Positions 48,908 through 61,719 of a stretch of DNA of 64,000 nucleotides are shown here, piece by piece. This DNA comes from Felis catus (Eukaryota), in assembly GCF_018350175.1 (NCBI RefSeq), contig NC_058383.1, positions 14,014,001 through 14,078,000 on the forward strand, read 5' to 3'. Below the pieces are notes generated by a model. That model saw only the letters and a list, made by a program, of their open reading frames with translations. It did no database searches and was not told the DNA's origin. Both the position numbers and the translations under genes were made by a program. Every line of letters begins with the position of its first letter. The first letter of the stretch is position 1.

Positions 48908-49280
48908 ATAAGTCTGTTAGCAACCCAACAGATATATATGATTGAATAAGGAAAAAAAAAAAAAAAAAAAAAAAAAGCTATCACAGTTGGGGAGAGTGGG
49001 GGGGGGGTGTCCCGTTCCCCAAAATCAGAATTTGATTTATCACAAATACTCATTGTTCTTGAGTCCCCCCCCACCCCCCCCGAATTATATTAATTCTTCA
49101 GGATAAACCAACATCTTCTAGATCAATTTTTTTTTTTTTCATATGGAACATCATAGGAAGGACAAAACAAGAGTTTCAGCATTGGGTCTGTAGTAACGCA
49201 GGGGTGAGTTTTTATAGCCGTCTCCCCTGGCGTTCCTCAGTGTAAGCAGAGGGGCCGTCTGCCGCGGGAGTGAAACAATA

Positions 49281-49477
49281 TAGCCGTTTCCAAGAGTTGG
49301 GTCTAACATCCTCAAGCGGCGGTATAGACCAGAATCATCTGCGGAGCTTGTTAAAAAATATAGATACTGGGGCCCCTCGCCATAGATTCAGACTCAGCCA
49401 ACTGGACCGGGCAGCTGTATTTTTAACAATCTCCCCAGGTGACCCCGGTATCTGCCGAAGACTGAAAAAACCTCTGG
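49281..49477. mobile_element. MER5A-like element
   Basis: cagaatcatctgcggagcttgttaaaaaatatagat...tgtatttttaacaatctccccaggtga. Confidence 0.75.
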
Positions 49478-49971
49478 TCTCTTCAGGTTCTGGACCTTCA
49501 ACTTTTCCAGGCCATTCGTTCTACCGGCCAGGGTTCTTCTCTGGGGGCTTGTTTTTATATTTGCGAGACATGTTGAGATACTTTAGGTAATTGCTTCAAA
49601 GGACACCCCGCTGGACTTCTCCCAGTAAACAACCAAATCAATAATCTCTAGACATTTAAAGCTTTACTTTTATATACCAGACCAACAAACGCAAGAAGGA
49701 AGTTTCCCCCATGTCTAGAATTTTCGCAGATTTAAATTGGATGGCATGAATTAAAGTTGAATTCATTAAACACCAGGAAGGTAATTATGTTTGAGAAGAT
49801 ATAAATGCTTTCCCCTGTGGCTAGGAAGAAAGGCACATTAGAATCTCTACTGGATTCATTTCCCTTTCTCCTTGTAAAAATTTTCCCTTTCCAGGATGCT
49901 TTTTGTGCGTCTGCATAGGGCTCCCGTTTGAGTAATTTGGCTGAAGTGGCCAGGTGAAAAGGAGTCACTGT

Positions 49972-49974
<3 letters not shown>

Positions 49975-50017
<43 letters not shown>
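49975..50017. repeat. A43 homopolymer
   Basis: Directly visible. Confidence 0.95.
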
Positions 50018-50020
<3 letters not shown>

Positions 50021-51754
50021 AATTACGTTGTTTCTTATTAATTAAATAAGTAGCATGCATGTTTAACAAAAACTGGTCTTAAAAACCCACAAAACTGTTT
50101 GTACGTGCATACAACGGTTGTTAGATGAATCATGAAATATGGAGCAAAAGATATATTCAAATATCCATGAGTGGAGGTGGCTAATTATGTTCACAGGATG
50201 GGATCATGTCGTCATTAAATGTAGTCCAGTCACCATTAAAAGGAAGAAAGTTCTGATAGATGCCACAAAGTGGATGAAGCTCTAACATATTATGCCACGA
50301 GAGAGGGATGACATTAGCAAAATGGCGGAACAGGAGGTTCTCAGCTCACATTCCCCCGGACACAAGTAATAATCTGGCAGCCATTCGTGAACAAAAGTGC
50401 CTTTGTGGGAGCTTTGGAAACCAGAAAGAAGGTTGCAAAACCCTAGTGAAGCGCAAGGCTGAAGGGAGCTGAGGTGAGAAGGCTTGCCCACGTCCTAGTG
50501 GCAGCCTTGTTGAATGTGGTCCACTGCAGAGGGATAGCAGTGCCAATGCCATCCCCTTATGGGCCCAGCTCTAGCTCCCCTTGGCCATCGTTCTGCAGCC
50601 ATCCCCAAGTGCCAAGGGACCCGAGAGGAGCTACACCTACCCATGACCTTGGTAAGAGGCTCGGCACGCTTGGCATTAACTGCAGATTCTGAGGCAGCCC
50701 TGTGACTCAGCTATGGCCCTGCTCTCCCGTGGTCCAGAGTCAGCTCTGCCTGCCTTGGGACCCAGCTCTGCCAGTCCCAGATACGCTCCTGGGATCAGGG
50801 CCATCGAACTCAGTCCTGACGGTGGGCCCTGAGGCAGCCCTGTGACCGGCCCCAGCTCTACTTTCCTGCAGTCTCAGAGTCAGTTCTGCCTCAGAGGCCC
50901 AGCCAGGGACCTGGCGGGAGCATGCTCAGGGACACAGCCAGAGCCAGACCCAGCTGCTCCCCTGATAAGAGGCCTGCTATTTGCAGATCTGGAAGTGGCT
51001 CTGAGAACTGGCTCTCTGGAGCCTTCTTGACTATGGTCCTGTCGGTATTTCCTTCCACCTAGGGATCCAGCCGGAACCATTCACCCACACCTTTGGTAGC
51101 AGGCTGTCCAGCCATGTACCCATCCATACACCTGGCAGCGGGTACCTGACCCAGCTCCAGCCCACTCAACTGTGATTCCAGACGCAGTCCCGGCAGGAGA
51201 AGGTATTTACCTGCTAAAATTGGTCTATAAAGATGTGTTTGCTCCTTCAAGTGAAGGAGCATCGTAGACATCAATGTAAGTCTATGTAAATAGTGAAAAA
51301 AATTGAGCAAACATGACACGACCAAAGGAAATTAATAAAGCTCTGGTAACTGACCTCAAAGAAATAGAGACCTATGAATCGCCTAACAAAGAATTTAAGA
51401 TAATGGTTTTAAGAAAGATCGGCAAACTACAAGAAAATACAGACAAGCCAACAAAATCAGGAAAATACATGAGCAAAATGAGAAGTTCATCAAAGAGGTA
51501 AAAACAAAAAAGAACCAAACAGAAATTATGGAGCTGAAGAATACAATGAATGAAATGAAAAATGCAGTAGAAAGCTTCAATAGGAGAAAGAATCTGTGAA
51601 GAAAGTACAAGAAAAAAAATCAGTGAGTTCAAAGACAGATCATTCGAAATTATCCAATCAGAAGAGAAAAGAGAAGAAAGAATAAAATAGGATCAACCCA
51701 AAGAAGATTACCCTGAGACACATTATAATTAAATTATCAAAAGTCAAAGACACA

Positions 51755-51968
51755 GGGATGCCTGGGTGGCTTAGCTGGTTAAGTGTCTGACTTCAGCTCA
51801 GATCGTGATCTCACAGTCCATGAGTTCAAGCCCCACATCGGGCTCTGTGCCGACAGCTCAGAGCCTGGACCCTGCTGCAGATTCTGTGTCTCTCTCTCTC
51901 TCTGCCCCACTCGCACTCTGTTTCTCTGTCTCTTTCTCAAAAATAAATAAACATTAAAAATTAAAAAA
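51755..51968 (+). mobile_element. CAN-SINE in L1 ORF1
   Basis: TSD aaaagtcaaaga. Confidence 0.95.
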
Positions 51969-52785
51969 AAAAGTCAAAGAGAATTTTGAAAGCAGTAAGA
52001 GAGAAATGACTTGTCACATACAAAAGAACGCCCATATGTCCATCAGTAATTTCTCAGAAGAAACCTTGCTGCCAGGAGAGAGTGGGATGATATATTCAAG
52101 AGCTGAAAGATAAAACTCCCAACCCCCAATTCTATACCCACCCAAGCTATCCTTCAGAAATGATGGAGAGATAAAAAATTTCTCGGAGGAACAAAATCTG
52201 AGGGAGTTCAACGCCACCAGATCTATCTAACAAAAAATGCTAAAGGGAGTTCTTCAAGTCGAAACAAAGATGTTAATTAGTAACACGCAAACATACGAAA
52301 GTATAAAGGTCACTGGTAAAAGTAAGTATATAGTCAAATTCAGAATACTCTAATATTGTAGTGGGGGCATATACATCTCTTATAACTTTAGTATAAAATT
52401 TAAAAGATGAAAGTATTAAAAATAGGCAATGGTTTCTTCATGGGTACAGAGCATAAAAAGATGTAAATTGTGGCATGAACAACATAAAATTTTGGGAGTA
52501 ATAAGCTATTAAATGTTTTATACAAGCCTCATGGTAACCACAAGAAAAAGTCTCTAGTAGGTACACAATGATAAAGAAAAGGAAGTAAAGCATGCTGTTA
52601 CAACAAATCCTCACAAGGGAGGATGGCAACAGAAGAAGAAAAGGACAAGAGAGCTATAAAACATTCAGAAGACAACACCATGGAGGTTAAGTACTTACAT
52701 CTGAATAAATTAAAGATAAAATAGATTCGATTTTCCAATCAAAGGGTATAGAGTGATTGAATGGATTAAGAAAAAACAAAAACGA

Positions 52786-52999
52786 GGGGTGCCTGGGTGG
52801 CTCAGTCGGTGAAGGCACCGACTTTGGCTCAGGTCACGATCTCCCAGTTTGTGAGTTTGAGCCCAACACCAGGCTCTGTGCTGACAGCTCAGAGCCTGGA
52901 GCCTGCTTTGGATTCTGTGTCTCCCTCTGTCTCTTCCCCTCCACTGTTTGTGCTCTGTTTCTCTCTCTCAAAAATAAATGAACATTAAAAAAAAAAAAA
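52786..52999 (+). mobile_element. CAN-SINE in L1 ORF2
   Basis: Full body and poly(A). Confidence 0.95.
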
Positions 53000-54890
53000 C
53001 CTAGATCTAATTATACGCTGCCTATAGGAGACTCACTTTTACTTTAAGAAAACATATACGCTGAAGGTGAAGGGACAGAAAATATATTCCATGTAAATGG
53101 TAACCAAAAGGGAGTAAGTGTGGCTATATTTATATCAGACAAAATAGACTTCAAGTCAAAAACTGTCACAGAGACAAAGAAGGTCATTATATATTAACAA
53201 AAGGGTCAATTCAACAAGAAGATATGAAATTACAAATATATATGCATCCAGCATCAAAGCACCTGGATATATAAAGCAAACATTGACATATCTGTGGAGA
53301 GAGATAGACAGCTATACAATATTTGTAGAAGACATCAATACCCCACCCTCTAATGGATAGATCATCTAGACAGAAGATCAGTCAGGAAACAGTCGAACTG
53401 GACAACACTGTAGACCAAATGTAGACATATACAGAACTTTCCACCCAATAGCACAAGAATACATGTTCTCAAGTACACGTGGAATGTTTTCCAGGATAAA
53501 TCACATGCTACGTCATAAAACATGTCTTAACAAACTCAAGAAGAATCATTCCAAGTATCTTTTGTGACCAAAAATGGAAGGAAGCTAGAAATCAGTAACA
53601 GAGAGAAAACAAGACAATTCACAAATATGTAGAAACTAACAAACACACTCTTGAAAAAACATTGTGGCAAAGAGGAAATCAAAAGGGAATTTAAAACATC
53701 TTGAGACAAATTAAAATGAAAGTGCAACATACCAAAACCTATGGGAGGTAGCAAAAGCAGTTCTAGAGGGAAGTTTATATTAATAAGTTCCAACATTAAG
53801 AAAAAAGGAAGAGTTCAAATAAATCATCTAACTTTACACTTCAAAGAACTAGGAAAAGAAGAAAATCTAAGCCCGATGTTAGCAGAAGAAAGGAAACAAT
53901 AAATGGCTTCATGAATGAATTCCACCAAACATTCAAAGAAGAATGAATACCAATCCTTCTAAAACTATCCAAAAAATAGAAGAGGGAGGAACACTTCCAA
54001 ACCCTTTAAGAGGCTAGCATTACTTTGATACTAAAACCAAAGACACTACAAGAAAAGAAAACAACAGGCAAAAATCTTTGGTGAATAAACCAAATTGAAC
54101 AGCACATTAAAAGCATTATACGCCATGACCAAGTGGGGTTTATCCTTGGGATGCAAGTATGGTTCAACATATGCAAATAAACCAATGCCATACATTACAA
54201 CAACAAAACGAAAGAGAAAACCACATAATCACCTAGGACGAAGCATTTCAAAAGTTCAACATCCATTCATGATGAAAATTTCTCAACAGAATAGCTATAG
54301 AAAGAACCTACCTCAACACAATAAAGGCCGTATACGAAAAGCCCACCCCTAATGTCATAATCAATACAGAAAACATTGAAAGCTTTTCCTCTGCGATCCA
54401 GTAGAAGGCAAGGATGTCCCCTATCACCACTTTCATTCAACATAGTACTTTAAGTCCTAACCTGAGCAATGGTACAAGAAAAAGGATAAAAGACATCTCA
54501 ATCAAAAAGGATGAAGTAAAATGATCTCTGTTTGCAGATGATGTGATCATATATGTAGAAAACCCTAAAGACTCCACAACACAACACAACAACAACACCT
54601 GTTGGAATAAATAAATTTGGTAAAGTTGCAGAATACAAAATCAACACACAAAAATCAGTTGAGTTTCTAAATATGAACAATAAGCTATCTGAAAGGGAAA
54701 TTAAGGAGAAAAATCCATTCACAATAGCAACAAGAAGAATAAAATACCTAGGAATAAACTTAGCCAGGGAGGTGAAAGTCATGTACACTGAAAATTCTAG
54801 AACATTGGTAAAGGAAATTAAAGAAGATATAGATACATTGAAAGACACCTCATGTTCATGGAATGTAAGCGTTAATAATGTTAAAATGTT

Positions 54891-55108
54891 GGGGCGCCTG
54901 GGTGGCGCAGTCGGTTGAGCGTCCGACTTCAGCCAGGTCACGATCTTGCGGTCCATGAGTTCGAGCCCCGCGTCGGGCTCTGGGCTGATGGCTCATTGCC
55001 TGGAGCCTGTTTCTGATTCTGTGTCTCCCTCTCTCGCTGCTCCTGCCCCGTTCATGCTCTGTCTCTCTCTGTCCCAAAAATAAATAAATGTTGAAAAAAA
55101 AATTTTTT
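54891..55108 (+). mobile_element. Young CAN-SINE in L1 ORF2
   Basis: TSD ttaaaatgt. Confidence 0.96.
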
Positions 55109-55677
55109 TTAAAATGTCCATACTACTCAAGGAGATCTATAAATTTCTAATAAATCCTGATGACATTCTTTAGAGAAATTCATATTTCCCAAAAATTCAT
55201 ATAGAGCCACAGAAGGCCCCAAATAGCCAAAGCAATCTCGTATAACAACAAAGCTGGAGGCATCACACTTCCTGATTTCAAAATATATTGCAAAGCTACG
55301 GTATTCAAAACAGCACGGCACTAGCATAAAAACAGCTGTAGTAGACCAATGGAACAAAAAAAGACCAGAAATAAATCTACACATCCACAGTCAACTGATC
55401 TTCAATAAAGGTACTAAGGACATACAATGGGGAAAGGATAGTCTTCTCATTAGATGTCGTTATAGGTCATTCATTCACAAGACAAGTCTTAACAAATTCA
55501 AGAAGAATCCTTCCAAGTATCTCTTCTGCCTAAAACGAGATGAAGCTAGAAATCAGTAAGAGCAAGAAAGCAAGTCTTATTTGGTTTTGGGGAAACTGAA
55601 CATCTACATTCAGAAGAATGAAATTAGACTCATCTCACACAACATGCAAAAATCAACCTGAAATGGATTTAAGTCTT

Positions 55678-55897
55678 TTTTTTTAATTTTTTAACGTTTA
55701 TTTATTATTGAGAGACAAAGTGAGATAGAGCATGAGCATGGGAGGGGCAGAGAGAGGAGGAGACACAGAATCCGAAGCAGGCTTCAGGCTCCGAGCTGTG
55801 AGCACAGAGCCCGACGCGGGGCTGAAACCCACCAACGGTGAGATCCTGACCTGAGCCGAAGTCGGACGCCTAACCGACTGAGCCACCCAGGCGCCCC
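55678..55897 (-). mobile_element. CAN-SINE in L1 ORF2
   Basis: Perfect 18-bp TSD gaaatggatttaagtctt. Confidence 0.96.
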
Positions 55898-56739
55898 GAA
55901 ATGGATTTAAGTCTTAAACTTAAAGTCTGGAACAGTGTAACCACTAGAAGAAAACAGGGGAAAAACTTCCTGACATTGGACTTGGCGATGATTTTTGGAC
56001 TGTGACGCCAAAATCACGTGCAACCAAAGCAAAAAATAGACAGGTGGGATTGCATGCAACTCAAAACCTCTGTGCAGCAAAGAAAACAATCAACTGCCTG
56101 AAAAGACAACCTAAAGAATGAAAGAAAATATTTGCCAACCATATATCTGGTAAGGGATTGATATCTCTACCCAATATCCTGCCCAAACAATAGCAAAAAT
56201 GATAGATAAATAAACCTCATTTATTGAGCTGAGTATTTTGCCAAGCACTGTGCTGGGTTACCCTGTGGGCTAGAGATCATGTTTGTTTTCCAGGTCACAT
56301 GAATCTGGCTTTACAACGGAAGATACTGAAACCCAGATCAGAAAAGCAAAAGAGCAGTTTTTGTGGGTTTCGTGGCAGGGCACCCGACTATGGAGACAAG
56401 GCATTCCAAGGAAACCATAGTCTATAACATCCAAATGGCTGGAACTTCCTACGTATTCCAGGGTGGACACCACATTGGCCCCACGTGTGACTAATAATGG
56501 GCAAACTGGCTGAGTAGAAGGCTTCGATTTGTCCTTTCTGGTATCACGTAAACACACACTAACATGTGTAGGGATGTAGATTCTGTATCTGCTTCTCCCT
56601 GAGATTCCCATGGGGTCCTGAAATATCAGTCTCACCTGCCAAGCTTTTCCTCCCAAATTCGGTTCCAGACCCTGGGAAGACCTTCCCAAAGGCAGGATCT
56701 TGACAACCGCCGACCAAAGTAGCGAGTGGCACCCAAATC

Positions 56740-56942
56740 CTTCTGCCCTCGTTCTTTAAAGGTAATCTGAACTTGGAAAAACACACAAGGAGCAGAACTC
56801 ACTGTAGAGGGAAGAAGACTGCATGGCGAGTCAGGGGGTCTGGGGCCTGGCTCTATGGGTTGACATTGGAAAGACAATCAGCCACTGCAGGGTTGAGTTC
56901 TGTGTTATTTAGGGTTCTCCAGAGAAACTGTACCAATAGGAT

Positions 56943-56979
<37 letters not shown>

Positions 56980-57550
56980 AAATGATAAGAATTGGCTCAT
57001 GTGATTATGGAGGCTGAGAAGTCCCACAGTATGTGTGGTCTGCAATCTGGGGACCCAGAAAAGCCAGTGGTGTAATTGAGCGTGAGTCCGAAGGCACGAG
57101 AACGAGCGATGCCGATGTCTGAGAGCAGGAGAAGGATGACCCAGCTCGTGCAATGAGAACAAATTTGACCTTCCTCCTTTTGTTCGATTCAGGCTCTCAG
57201 TAGGTTGGGTGACACCCACTGGCATTGGCGATCTGCTTTCCTCAGTCAACCGATTCAAATGCTCATCTTTTCCAGCAACGTCCTTACCGACACACGCAGA
57301 AAGAGTGTTTTACCGGCTACCTGGGCATCCCTTCGTCCAGTGAAGTCGACCCATAAAATTAACCATGAGTCTCCTTTCTTGTAAAATCATGAAGCTGGAA
57401 TAAACGACCGGTACAATCTGCTCTCTCTGAGCCAATATTCTGGGATTGCGCTTCTAACCCAGAGCGTCTCGCTGACCCTGACCCTGACTCTGCCTCTGCC
57501 CTCTCGTCTCTTTCCAACGTCCACTGTCGGTGAGAGCTCCACACGTCTGC
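56740..57550 (+). repeat. Ancient local duplication, copy 1 (split by an MLT2 LTR)
   Basis: Colinear with 58210-58530 once the LTR is removed. Confidence 0.8.
56901..57366 (-). mobile_element. MLT2-family solo LTR with internal (TG)n
   Basis: tgtgttatttagggttctccagagaaac...aagtcgacccataaaattaaccat matches both MLT2 termini in reverse. Confidence 0.92.
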
Positions 57551-58209
57551 AACAGTATTCACCGTGTTCGTGGCCGTGCTGGCTACACATTCACACTCTC
57601 CTTTGCGTGCTGACTTTTGTTCTTTAAGGGTGTCTGTGAGAGGAGGCGGGTCTGTGGTTTGATCAGACAGCCCTTCTCTGCCCACCCAAAACCCGCTGCT
57701 TGGAAAATCACAGGTAAAGCCTCTGACAGCATCATTAGTGTGAGTCAGCATCATGTTGTTCGAGCCCCCCATAACGTGGGGAGTGAAGGGTGTCATTTGC
57801 TTGAACACACACACTCTCCTGCAGAATAATTACTTTGCAACCTACACACTTTTGGGGGGGGTCAGAATTCCTCTTGAACTAAGCACTGCCTCCTTTGTCA
57901 TCTTCTGTCTGAAGAAAGACTCCATAGTCAGGAACGGAAGCGTGAAAAGTGAATGGAAAAACAAATAATGCAGGGAGGCAGGATGGTTTTTGTGTCATTT
58001 GCTGCTCAAAGGCTTAGTTTGTCTCTGGGATGAGAGGACGTCCACCTGCTTCATTGTTTTGGATCCTGATACAAGCCCAACTAGGAGACCTCTCCAGCTT
58101 CCAAGCAAGTTTATTTGGCAGAAGGACAGTGCCAGGGATGGAATGGGAGACTTTCACCTGTACCTGTGTCTCCCAGTCTATTGGACTATCCCCAACCCTG
58201 GTCTGTTAC

Positions 58210-58530
58210 TACTTCTGCTCTATGTTATGAATCATAATTTGGAAAGACATATAACTGACCATAGTACACTGCATGGGGAATCAGGGGTCCTGGGCCCCGG
58301 CTCTGCGGGTTGACCTTGGACAAGCAAATAGCCACTTCAGCCTTGGCCTCCTGTCTTGTCAAACGATAATGCTGGAATAAACAACCTATACAATGCGCTC
58401 TTCTTGGGGCCAAAATTCTGTAACTCTTCTTCTAGCTCCATTGCCTAACGTGCTCTACTGACCCTGACCCTGACTCTGCCCCCTTGCCCATTTCCTGTGC
58501 ATGCTGCAGTTGAGAGCTCTGGATGTCTGA
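58210..58530 (+). repeat. Ancient local duplication, copy 2
   Basis: Shared actgcatgg, ggctct..gggttgac.ttgga, gctggaataaac, ctgaccctgaccctgactctgcc, tgagagctc. Confidence 0.8.
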
Positions 58531-59049
58531 AGACCCACCGTTATTGAACACACACCACTGTGGGTTCAGTGCTCTAACACAACCCAACATACAAGACCAA
58601 GAATCCTTGCTGGTGAGATCACGACCGTTACGCTTTCTTTGCTGTATCCACAGTAGTGATTACTGGCCTTCTACTTTGGGCCTTGCTTAACACTCGTCGC
58701 TGTGGGGTGCATCTAAGGAGAACGGGACCTGGCCCCTGCAGACACAGCATTAAAGCTTCACTTGAAGATGTCCAATCCTCGTAAAATCAGGAGAGAATAG
58801 CTGAGCCTTAGTCTGCGGGCTGGAACTTGAGAATAAAAGAGGTTCATAGCAGGGAAAGAGGCATGTGGGCAGAAATGGAGGGAGGTATTTGGGAACATGG
58901 CAGGGTCGAGGCTGGCCCTTTGAGGATGGGTGGAACCTAGATAGGCAGAGAAAGAGAGGAGGAGAAACCCCCCAGCATTGAGGGGGCAGTGAAGATCCTG
59001 TGTCGTCTGGAGCAGATGATACGTGTTGGAAATGAGGTAAAGTAATATA

Positions 59050-59290
59050 GAGGTGGTTATAATCATACAGATGTATAACTTTTCATATTAAAGAGCTCTG
59101 AGCTGCGTTATCCAACTAAATTCTTATAACATCCTTCTGAGTTGATCTTATGATCTCTTCTTTTACAGGTGAAACAACGGGGACTCGGAGAAGTTATATA
59201 ACTTTCCGATCGTCCCAGAGCTAATCCAAGTGGGAGAAGCAGAAGGCCATGGCTTCTGAGTTTAAGTCAGTGTTCCTCTTATTCTGCGAT
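59050..59290 (-). mobile_element. MIR
   Basis: ttttacaggtgaaacaacggggactcggagaagttatataacttt core. Confidence 0.6.
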
Positions 59291-60705
59291 GCTTTGAGAA
59301 CTGGATTAGAGTAAGCCTTAAATGATAGGTCTGACGTCAGAGAGAAAGGTCCCAGGCTCCAGACTCACAAAAGCGAGCAGCATAACTCGGATTTTTCAAG
59401 AATTTTTATCTGGCCACCTGACTCAGCATAGATCCATGGGTTTTTGTAAGGAGGTGTGCAGACGGAGCAAAGCACACTTTGGAAATGAAGGATCAGTCTG
59501 GCTACGAATTTGGAGGCAGGTTGGAGCGCAAGTGGAGAAGAAAAACTCAGCTGGAGGATGTTAAGTCAAGTAGAACTCACCACTTCAAAATTCTTCTCAC
59601 TCATTTCATCTTTTATTGAGCGTCTACCATGTGTTGGGCACTAGGCCAGGGTGCTAGTGTTTCTTCTTCAATGTCACGAAGAGGTCCAACAATACCTCAC
59701 CATCTTACAACCCTTTCCTTGTGTCCTTCCACTGTTCAGACCTTCAATTATAAATCTGGCCAGCAGTATTTGCTGACCAGGCCCTATGCTGAGTTAGAAG
59801 AGGCACACACAGAAAAGATAGGCTTCCAACCTCTGGTCCAGGAATGAAAAAGTCAAATAAATAATGGAACCGTGTTAAAATCAAAGCCTCTGAAAAGACG
59901 CAAAGTAGATACTGAAATTTGATACGTATTTGGAATGGCTTTTAAAATTATTGCATAGTGGTGAGACAGCAAACAATTTGCAAGACCTTCGACTTGGATC
60001 CTTACCTGTACGATAAGTAGATTCCAGATGGATGAGAGCGTTAAATACAAAGAGGAAAAGAAAACCATAGAAGAAATTCTAAGATCATGTTTCTCTCCTC
60101 TTTAGACGGGAAAGACCTTTCCAAGCATAAAAGCAAGAGACGAAACCATATAAAAATATCAATAGACCTAACTTCACAATTTTTTTTTTTAAAAAAATGT
60201 ACACACAAAGAAAAATACTATAAATGATATTGATGGAGGTCTCCCAGAGCAATTTGGTGCTGTGAGTTCACAGGTTGAATGATGCCCTTTGCTAGAAACT
60301 CAGCAATGATAGATAAAACACAAAAGGCAGAACTAAAGGATAGACTGAGGCTAAGTACAAGATAAACATCTCCTTGGACTGGACGCAGCAGAAACTCAAG
60401 CCAAAGTCCTGGGCTTGCTGGACCCCCGGGTCTAGCATCAGGCTGAGTGTAGCATTCTTAAGCTACAATCACTGCTCTGTTTGAGGACGGGAGCTGGAGA
60501 GCGGCTTTCTGAACTTGATCATGAAAAGAGCCCCAAAAATAAAGCTACACACTACTACAGGTGGAACATAGTTTCAAATGACACACCTGATCAGAAACTT
60601 GTATGTAGACTAGATAAAGAACTCATACAACTCAACAATGAAAAGACAAATAACCCAATTAAACGTGAGTAAAGGATTTGAATAGACATTTCTCTAGAAG
60701 AGACG

Positions 60706-61191
60706 CAGCAGAATCCCCATTTATCCGTGGCTTCACTGTCTGAGCTTTCAATTACCTACAGTCAACTGTGGTCCAGAAGCAGATGACCCTCCCCCTGACA
60801 TATTGTCAGAAGGTCATTAGCAGCCTGATGCTGCATCACAATGCCTATGTCATTCACCTCACTTCATCTCATCACATAGGCATTTTATCATCTCACATCA
60901 TCACAAGAAGAGTGAGGACAGTACCATCAGATAGTTTGAGAGAGAGAGCACATTCACGTAACTCTTATTACAGTAGACTGCTATAAATTGTTCTATTTGG
61001 TTACTAGTTATTGTTGTTAATCTCTTACTGTGCCTAATTTATACATTAAAGCTTAACACAGGTATGTATGTATGTATGTATGGGGAAAAACATAGTATAT
61101 ATAGGGTTTGCTACTCTCTGGGGTTTCAGGCATCTGCTGGAGGTCTTGAAATGTATCCTCTATGGATAAGTGGAGGAGGGGGGTACTATTG
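60706..61191 (+). mobile_element. MER44-family (Tigger7-derived) DNA transposon
   Basis: Terminal inverted ends cagcagaatccccatttatcc / ggataagtggaggagggggtactattg; internal cattcacctcacttcatctcatcac. Confidence 0.88.
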
Positions 61192-61318
61192 TACTCAAGT
61201 CACCAATAAACACATGAAAACGTGCCTGACACGTAGCCTTAGGGAAATGCAGATCAAAATCACAGTGAGAGGTCACCTCACACCCACTGGGATGACGCTA
61301 AGAAAAACAGTGGATGAT

Positions 61319-61497
61319 GGGACACCTGGGTGGCATCCGACTTCAGCTCAGGTCATGATCTCCTGGTTCGTGGGTTCGAGCCTACATCAGGCTTTCTGCT
61401 GTCGGTGCGAGCCCACTTCAGATCCTCTGTTCCCCCTCTCTCTGTCCACCCCCCCCTTTCTGTCTCTCTCAGAAATAAATAAACACATTAAAAAAAA
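61319..61497 (+). mobile_element. CAN-SINE with a deletion in the A-box region
   Basis: gggacacctgggtggcatccgacttcagctcagg; degenerate TSD ending tggatga. Confidence 0.9.
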
Positions 61498-61719
61498 TGA
61501 AAACCATGGATGACAACAAGTGTTCTCAAAGACGTGGAGGAAATGGAATTCTCATACGTTGTATGTAGGGATATAAAATGGTGGCGGTGCTGTGAAGTTC
61601 TTCAGAAGGTCAAACCCAGACTTACGATGTGACCAAGTAATCCCATCCCTAGGTCTATAGTCAAGAGGTTTTAAAATACATATCCATACAAAAACTTATA
61701 CAGAAACGCTTATATCAGG

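Larger units (their letters stand above)
50303..56170 (+). mobile_element. Near-full-length decayed L1 (5'UTR, ORF1, most of ORF2; 3' end missing)
   Basis: 5' YY1-type agcaaaatggcgg; ORF1 remnant KEFKIMVLRK (51313 ORF); RT motif LFADD near 54528; IKYLGINL (54673 ORF); many stops and deletions. Confidence 0.93.
59960..61719 (+). mobile_element. Old L1M ORF2 3' fragments (composite) hosting MER44, a SINE and the MaLR element
   Basis: aagaactcatacaactcaacaatgaaaagacaaataacccaatt, agggaaatgcagatcaaaatcacagtgag, catacaaaaacttatac. Confidence 0.75.

Noticed and set aside
50303..56170. Potentially active L1
   Set aside because: Many stops, internal deletions, four SINE insertions and no 3' end
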